A DNA stretch of 31,873 nt from the IMG/VR virus record IMGVR_UViG_3300033076_001170, positions 1 through 31,873 of that record; one strand, 5' to 3'. Each line of letters begins with the position of its first letter. The stretch's first letter is position 1. The notes under the pieces were generated by a model. That model searched no databases and was not told the DNA's origin. It saw only the letters and a program-made list of their open reading frames with translations. Made by a program: the position numbers and the translations under genes. Below, piece by piece: positions 26,992 to 31,873 of this stretch. Source of the stretch: a virus. Its lineage: Duplodnaviria; Caudoviricetes.

Positions 26992-28547
26992 CGCTTGCGT
27001 CCCAGGCTCTTGTCTGTGCCAAAACGCTCTGGCTCGGGCGCTGCTTTAATATTGCTTCTGCGTTGAGTTACTGCATCTAACTGGTCAGGATTACTAATAT
27101 CCACACTTGGAGCTTCCAAGCTATCTACGCCGTCAATGTCATTGACATCAGTGGGTTTAGCACCATTCTTTAGAATTTTAAATGTAAAGTTACCTTTGCC
27201 TTGTGTGCTCATGTAGGCTTTGGTGGCATCCAGCAGCACACCAGTGACAGTTTGACTTGGATACACTGCTTCTAGCTTGGTAATGGTGATTGTATCAGCG
27301 GTATCAGTGGTGTTGGTATACATTTGCACCAATGCTGCGTTGTTTAAGATAGATGACGCTGCTTCGCCAAAGCGTGTATTCTCATTGACATAATCGGCAA
27401 CTTTGTAAGCGATGGCTGCAATCATGTGTTCAGCAGGAATAATGCGTCCCATGTCTTTGGCTTTGCGTTCGTTGTATAACGCCAGCAGTTTTTTGCTTAG
27501 GACACTGGATACATCATCAGTTGGGCCTAGGTTCTTTAGTTGCATTACTCGAGCACCGTCGCCTTGGTCGATGATACCATACTTTTCAGCAATGGCGATA
27601 GGAGCACCAAAGTGTCCTAGCTTTTCAATGTTGGTCAACATCTCAATTTCTTCAGCAAATGTTTGCTTTAGTTTTCTCCCAGCTGGAACTTTTTCTAGTT
27701 CTTGCACAGATTTAATCAAGTTGGTCACTGACGCATTGGCGCCATCCTTGCCTTTACTGGATAACTTAATCTGTTTGCCTTGGGGGTTAACCAGCAAGCT
27801 ATCATACAAACCGCCAATGGTGTTGTTGTTGAAACTGATTGTGCAGTCCGAATAGTCTGCACCTGGACCAAAGAAGATTTCAGCGGCTTCGGCAGCATTA
27901 CCCGATACTCTTTTCCCCAACACAAGTGCAATGGGTTGCAACACTTCAGCAAAATAATCGCGGAATGCACCAGGGTTCATATTTCCGCGAGCAACTTCCA
28001 CAGGAATGTCTGAGTTGATAAATGTTGCTAATGCATTTGCTTCTGCACTGTCCTCTCCAAACTTGGCAATGGCCTGATCTAAAATAGTTTGCGGTGTGTT
28101 GTTTTGGAACTGTGTGAGCCACTCACTGGGCTTGAGTCCGGAATTTTCTTTTTGGCCTGCCTTGCTTTGGAATTTGAATCCGCCTGGGATTTCGTTGTGT
28201 GCAAAGTTATTTTGGGCTTTGTTAGGACTGATTGCTTTGACCCACTTGCCCAGATAGTATTCGTTGCCATCTTCGCCGGTGAATGTGGCAATCATAAATC
28301 CTCGTGTGGTGGCATTGGCTTGATTGACCCAATGCACATTGCGTCCAGTTTTGTCAACAGCATCTACTTTGGCCTGCACTAGCTCATTGGGATCAGCATA
28401 GGCGCCGGACTCGGGATAAAATTCCATGTTTTGATAAGTTACAATATCATCCACGTGATTTTTAAATTTTTCACCAGGTTTACGATTGGTAAGGCCTACA
28501 CCCTCAGTAAGGGTTATTTTGTCAAGAATGTTGAGTAAGTCGCGCAT
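26982..28547 (-). CDS. Large hypothetical protein, possibly internal head/virion protein
   Basis: 521-aa ORF with N-terminus MRDLLNILDKITLTE; TAAGTA upstream on the minus strand. Confidence 0.8.
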   Translation of the reverse strand: MRDLLNILDKITLTEGVGLTNRKPGEKFKNHVDDIVTYQNMEFYPESGAYADPNELVQAKVDAVDKTGRNVHWVNQANATTRGFMIATFTGEDGNEYYLGKWVKAISPNKAQNNFAHNEIPGGFKFQSKAGQKENSGLKPSEWLTQFQNNTPQTILDQAIAKFGEDSAEANALATFINSDIPVEVARGNMNPGAFRDYFAEVLQPIALVLGKRVSGNAAEAAEIFFGPGADYSDCTISFNNNTIGGLYDSLLVNPQGKQIKLSSKGKDGANASVTNLIKSVQELEKVPAGRKLKQTFAEEIEMLTNIEKLGHFGAPIAIAEKYGIIDQGDGARVMQLKNLGPTDDVSSVLSKKLLALYNERKAKDMGRIIPAEHMIAAIAYKVADYVNENTRFGEAASSILNNAALVQMYTNTTDTADTITITKLEAVYPSQTVTGVLLDATKAYMSTQGKGNFTFKILKNGAKPTDVNDIDGVDSLEAPSVDISNPDQLDAVTQRRSNIKAAPEPERFGTDKSLGRKRQR

Positions 28548-28568
28548 AGTAATATATACTTATCACTT

Positions 28569-29546
28569 ATGATTACAATACCTATACAAGTGTCAGGAGA
28601 TCTTTGGAACAACAGATCTTCTGTAAAAGACACATTAGATCAACTATCCCCGGGGCAACATATCATGTTGGATCTTTGCTCCGAGGGGCCCAGCCTGCGC
28701 AAACTAGGAATAGTTGATCTATTAGATCAGTACGAATTGCAGGTATCGATTACTAAATGGTCCAACAGCATAGAACAAGTCCCATATCGTCGTGTTTATT
28801 GTAATTCTAGCAGTCATTTCTTTCCCATGAGTTGGCATTATTGGACTGACGAGATTCCTAATATTGTTCCTGCAGAATTTCGATTTGGATTATTTTTGGG
28901 CCGGAGCTGTATAAGCAGAAATCGTATACTGCATGATGTTGCAGTTAATTGGAAAGACCACTTTTTGTTAAGTAAAATGGCAAGCCTACACGGCGACCCC
29001 TGGGGAGAGAAATTCCCTGCAGGTTCGGTGGTAGTTGAACAAATGCAAGATTGGTTTGACGATGTGGAATACGCACGAACTTGGCTCAGTAATTGTAACA
29101 TTACAAGCATTGATAATCACGTAATTCAAGATCAGTATCGTACTCCGGAAATTAGTTCAGCTGAAATGGCCCGTAGTTTAATGCAACATTACCCGAGATT
29201 TAATATCGAGTTAGTGTGCGAAACTTACACACTAGGAGATACGTTTTTCCCTACAGAAAAAACTATCAGGCCAATGGTAGGCAATCGACCATTTATAATT
29301 TACGGACCGCAGAATTATCTTGGTAATTTACAACAACGCGGATTTCAAACATTTGGCAATCTCTGGGACGAGAGCTATGACCAATTAGAAGGAACTGCTA
29401 GATGGCAAGCAATATCAACTCTGGTTGAATCTTTGATTTCATTGCCGTCAAACCACTGGGCAGAAATTATCAATCAATGTGTGAAAATTACACAGCATAA
29501 CAGACAAATAGTAAGGAAAATGATTCGTGATTTTAAAGGAGTATGA
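28569..29546 (+). CDS. Putative glycosyltransferase-like protein
   Basis: IELVCET...FFPTEKTIRPM...PFII.G...GFQTF..WDESYD motif. Confidence 0.65.
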   Translation: MITIPIQVSGDLWNNRSSVKDTLDQLSPGQHIMLDLCSEGPSLRKLGIVDLLDQYELQVSITKWSNSIEQVPYRRVYCNSSSHFFPMSWHYWTDEIPNIVPAEFRFGLFLGRSCISRNRILHDVAVNWKDHFLLSKMASLHGDPWGEKFPAGSVVVEQMQDWFDDVEYARTWLSNCNITSIDNHVIQDQYRTPEISSAEMARSLMQHYPRFNIELVCETYTLGDTFFPTEKTIRPMVGNRPFIIYGPQNYLGNLQQRGFQTFGNLWDESYDQLEGTARWQAISTLVESLISLPSNHWAEIINQCVKITQHNRQIVRKMIRDFKGV

Positions 29547-30495
29547 CATAGGTTGGGGTACAAATTGGCCCATGAAAAAACTAGAGCAAAAAATTGTAAA
29601 AAACTTTTTGTCAAAATATTACACCGATGATAGCAGAACAGTGATAATCAACAGTGTGTGGTATACCGGGGATTATCACCAACAGGTTGTTACCGAACTA
29701 AGAAAAATACAGCCTACACATATTTTTGTTGTTGCGCTACTAGATCCGCCTATAGTTGAACTTGATTGGTTTGATGAATTTAATTGCGAAGTTGTTGGAG
29801 TAGGCTATTATCCAGGGCCTGGTTATATTGATTACTGTGCATTGTTTGTGGAACACTTTTATCAACCAGTGGATCAAAGTTTGTTAACTACTTCTGATAA
29901 AATAGACACTGCTTACATGTGTTTAAACCGTAAGCCACATCAACATCGATTAAGACTTTATCAGGGGCTTGAAGATGCCGGGCTACTAGATCGCGGATTT
30001 GTCAGCATGGGAGGAGACCCTGTGCCCTTAAGATTGCTAGCAGAGGATTCTGCAGGGCAGGATATTGCACCCAATGGTGGAACCGAACAACACGGCATTA
30101 CCAATGACATTGTTAGTTTAGGTAATATTAATAACTGGCAAAGACATTTTGTTAACATTGTCACAGAAACTATCTGGGACATAGAACCTAGTAATTTTAT
30201 CAGTGAAAAAACTTTTAAACCTATTTTGGGTCTACGTCCATTTTTAATATACGCACCCAATGGGGGTGTAGAGTGCATACGCAGTCGAGGGTTTGAACCT
30301 TACATAAATGACTTTGGAGACATAACCGACTTAGATTTGACTGAGTCCTATAATGTTGTTAACTTCTTGAGAATTTTGTGCGACCAACCACAAAATTACT
30401 GGAAGATGAAATTTCAACAGTTACAAGAGAAATTACTGTATAATCAAGCTCATTTTGATAGCTATGCACAAGCACAAAAAAATATAGCACTTTAG
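29527..30495 (+). CDS. Putative glycosyltransferase-like protein (paralogue of previous)
   Basis: GTG start after AAGGA; CLNRKPHQHR, VNIVTET...FISEKTFKPI...PF. Confidence 0.65.
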   Translation: MILKEYDIGWGTNWPMKKLEQKIVKNFLSKYYTDDSRTVIINSVWYTGDYHQQVVTELRKIQPTHIFVVALLDPPIVELDWFDEFNCEVVGVGYYPGPGYIDYCALFVEHFYQPVDQSLLTTSDKIDTAYMCLNRKPHQHRLRLYQGLEDAGLLDRGFVSMGGDPVPLRLLAEDSAGQDIAPNGGTEQHGITNDIVSLGNINNWQRHFVNIVTETIWDIEPSNFISEKTFKPILGLRPFLIYAPNGGVECIRSRGFEPYINDFGDITDLDLTESYNVVNFLRILCDQPQNYWKMKFQQLQEKLLYNQAHFDSYAQAQKNIAL

Positions 30496-30511
30496 TATTA
30501 CTTTCTCCCGG

Positions 30512-30540
30512 TTGACCAAAATTCCCGTTTCGGCTATAAT
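30512..30540 (+). promoter_or_regulatory. Sigma70-type early promoter (leaderless transcript)
   Basis: TTGACC-aaaattcccgtttcggc-TATAAT, ATG 6 nt downstream. Confidence 0.88.
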
Positions 30541-30546
30541 AATAGC

Positions 30547-30813
30547 ATGAACAAAACAGAAAAAGCATGTTGGGTAGTATCATTTACACTTTTGGTAGTG
30601 TTTATTGTCACTGCTGTGATCAACGATTGCACAGGCACTGACGAAGTGGTTAGCGAGCCCTACTTTTCCTATTACTCATACTGCTCAAAATACAGTTATG
30701 GTCCCAAAGGGATTTCCACCTGTGTTGAAATGAGCGGTGCTCACGAAAAGCGTGTGGACACCCTGCATCATGGGGTGTTTTGGACACAGAATTCTTACAA
30801 AGTTGTAAGGTAA
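30547..30813 (+). CDS. Small membrane-anchored protein
   Basis: N-terminal TM segment followed by a Cys-containing domain. Confidence 0.7.
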   Translation: MNKTEKACWVVSFTLLVVFIVTAVINDCTGTDEVVSEPYFSYYSYCSKYSYGPKGISTCVEMSGAHEKRVDTLHHGVFWTQNSYKVVR

Positions 30814-30827
30814 TACTTGAGTATTAC
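30810..30827. promoter_or_regulatory. Palindromic operator-like site
   Basis: GTAATACT-tg-AGTATTAC, 10 nt upstream of a -35 box; related copies at about 24019-24042 and 30494-30504. Confidence 0.55.
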
Positions 30828-30837
30828 TTTTTCCAGG

Positions 30838-30866
30838 TTGACCAGAATTTACCGATTTGCTATAAT
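30838..30866 (+). promoter_or_regulatory. Sigma70-type early promoter (repeated cassette)
   Basis: TTGACC-agaatttaccgatttgc-TATAAT; AGGAG downstream. Confidence 0.9.
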
Positions 30867-30898
30867 ATTGACATAGCGTAACAAAACAGGAGCCCTAA

Positions 30899-31189
30899 AT
30901 GGACGTCAAAGACATCAACTCTGCAATCATGTTTGGCAACTTTACCAACGAGCAACTGAACTCAATTGGTGATGCAATTCGCTATGCTCGTGCTCAACTC
31001 ACCCAACAAAAGAAGCGTGAATTCTCAGTGGGTGCCGCAGTAAAGTTCCGCAACAGTCGCACAGGTGGCATCACTTATGGCACTGTTAAAAAGATCAACA
31101 TCAAATACATTTTGGTCAACGAACAACGACCCAACTCCGTTTTTACTTCTGTGTGGCGTGTGCCCGCAAACATGTTGGAGGCTGCATAA
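30899..31189 (+). CDS. Conserved phage hypothetical protein (SH3-like C-terminus)
   Basis: FSVGAAVKF...GTVKKINIKYILV...WRVPANML. Confidence 0.8.
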   Translation: MDVKDINSAIMFGNFTNEQLNSIGDAIRYARAQLTQQKKREFSVGAAVKFRNSRTGGITYGTVKKINIKYILVNEQRPNSVFTSVWRVPANMLEAA

Positions 31190-31308
31190 TGCGCAAAGAA
31201 CTATATCAAATTGTCTGGACTCAAGTGTATGAGTCTTGGCCTGTTGAAGAAGAAATTGTGGACCTCACTGAGGCTCGTGCGGTGTTAGCAAGGATCATGG
31301 CAAAATGA
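31189..31308 (+). CDS. Small hypothetical protein (39 aa), not in ORF track
   Basis: GGAGG RBS and TAATG junction; MRKELYQIVW...EARAVLARIMAK. Confidence 0.65.
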   Translation: MRKELYQIVWTQVYESWPVEEEIVDLTEARAVLARIMAK

Positions 31309-31391
31309 AATACATCCATTACATTCACTGTTTTGTGTTGGGTGTGTTTGTGGGTGTGAACATTGTGTATTTTATGATGGTGCTGAAATGA
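31305..31391 (+). CDS. Small hydrophobic peptide (28 aa), not in ORF track
   Basis: MKYIHYIHCFVLGVFVGVNIVYFMMVLK; ATGA overlaps at both ends. Confidence 0.55.
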   Translation: MKYIHYIHCFVLGVFVGVNIVYFMMVLK

Positions 31392-31744
31392 AATGGTTTG
31401 CTGAAACAACTGACTACCGGGACTCTGTTCCCAACGGCATCTACTTGCTGGATGACAGCAAGACCAAAATGTATGCGTTCAAGCCCCGAGGCACAGGCGA
31501 AATTAAAACATTCAAGAACCCAATCAAGATTGACACTCGTGGGCGTAAGTTTGTGGTTAACCCTGTGCAGTTTAAAACAGCACTCAAAGAACCAGAACCC
31601 GAAGGCCGTTTCTGGATTGTAAAAGGTAGCAAAGGCGATGAATACAAAGTCACAGAGAGTGGTGGAAATTTCCAGTGTAGTTGTTCAGGATTCCGGTTCC
31701 GTGGGGCCTGTAAGCACGTCAAAAGTATATCTGTGGCAGTATAA
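31388..31744 (+). CDS. SWIM zinc-finger protein
   Basis: GSKGDEYKV...CSCSGFRFRGACKHV (CxC-xn-CxH). Confidence 0.85.
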   Translation: MKWFAETTDYRDSVPNGIYLLDDSKTKMYAFKPRGTGEIKTFKNPIKIDTRGRKFVVNPVQFKTALKEPEPEGRFWIVKGSKGDEYKVTESGGNFQCSCSGFRFRGACKHVKSISVAV

Positions 31745-31873
31745 CGGTCGAGCACCTTGGTTAGAAATTTTAACTTGGTGCATGGAAAATCTCTACCACG
31801 GCGGGCACTACGAACCCAACTGGTATACCAATGGCAATGATACATTTTATTTTACAGACCCAAAAGAATACAC
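31701..31873 (+). CDS. Partial hypothetical gene running off the window end
   Basis: Open frame ...KVYLWQYNGRAPWLEILTWCMENL...FYFTDPKEY; start uncertain. Confidence 0.4.
   Translation, partial: MGPVSTSKVYLWQYNGRAPWLEILTWCMENLYHGGHYEPNWYTNGNDTFYFTDPKEY

Overview
This window is a densely packed, almost entirely + strand segment of a large tailed dsDNA phage genome (T4-like/jumbo type), not a bacterial chromosome. It holds arrays of short overlapping hypothetical genes with ATGA/TAATG junctions. Recognisable genes include an ATP-dependent DNA ligase, UvsE, a radical SAM enzyme, a proteostasis set (GroES, GroEL, Hsp20, ClpS, ClpP-like, YccA/BI-1), ribosomal protein bS21, and a UDP-sugar dehydrogenase / oxygenase-like / amidinotransferase cluster. 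GroEL looks proteobacterial (Burkholderiales-like by eye), which hints at the host. Two promoter classes are visible: a repeated sigma70-type TTGACC-N17-TATAAT cassette, several copies apparently driving leaderless mRNAs, and a TAAATA late-type motif. The best leads not evident from the ORF track are: (1) a 49-aa ArfA-like ribosome-rescue gene; (2) a two-hairpin, bulged-G, ROSE-like 5'UTR structure present three times with compensatory changes; (3) a phasin-like gene under a PhaR-box-like palindrome beside a histone-like protein; (4) a bL12-CTD-like protein and a non-SSB protein ending in DDDIPF. All assignments come from motif recognition by eye; no searches were run.
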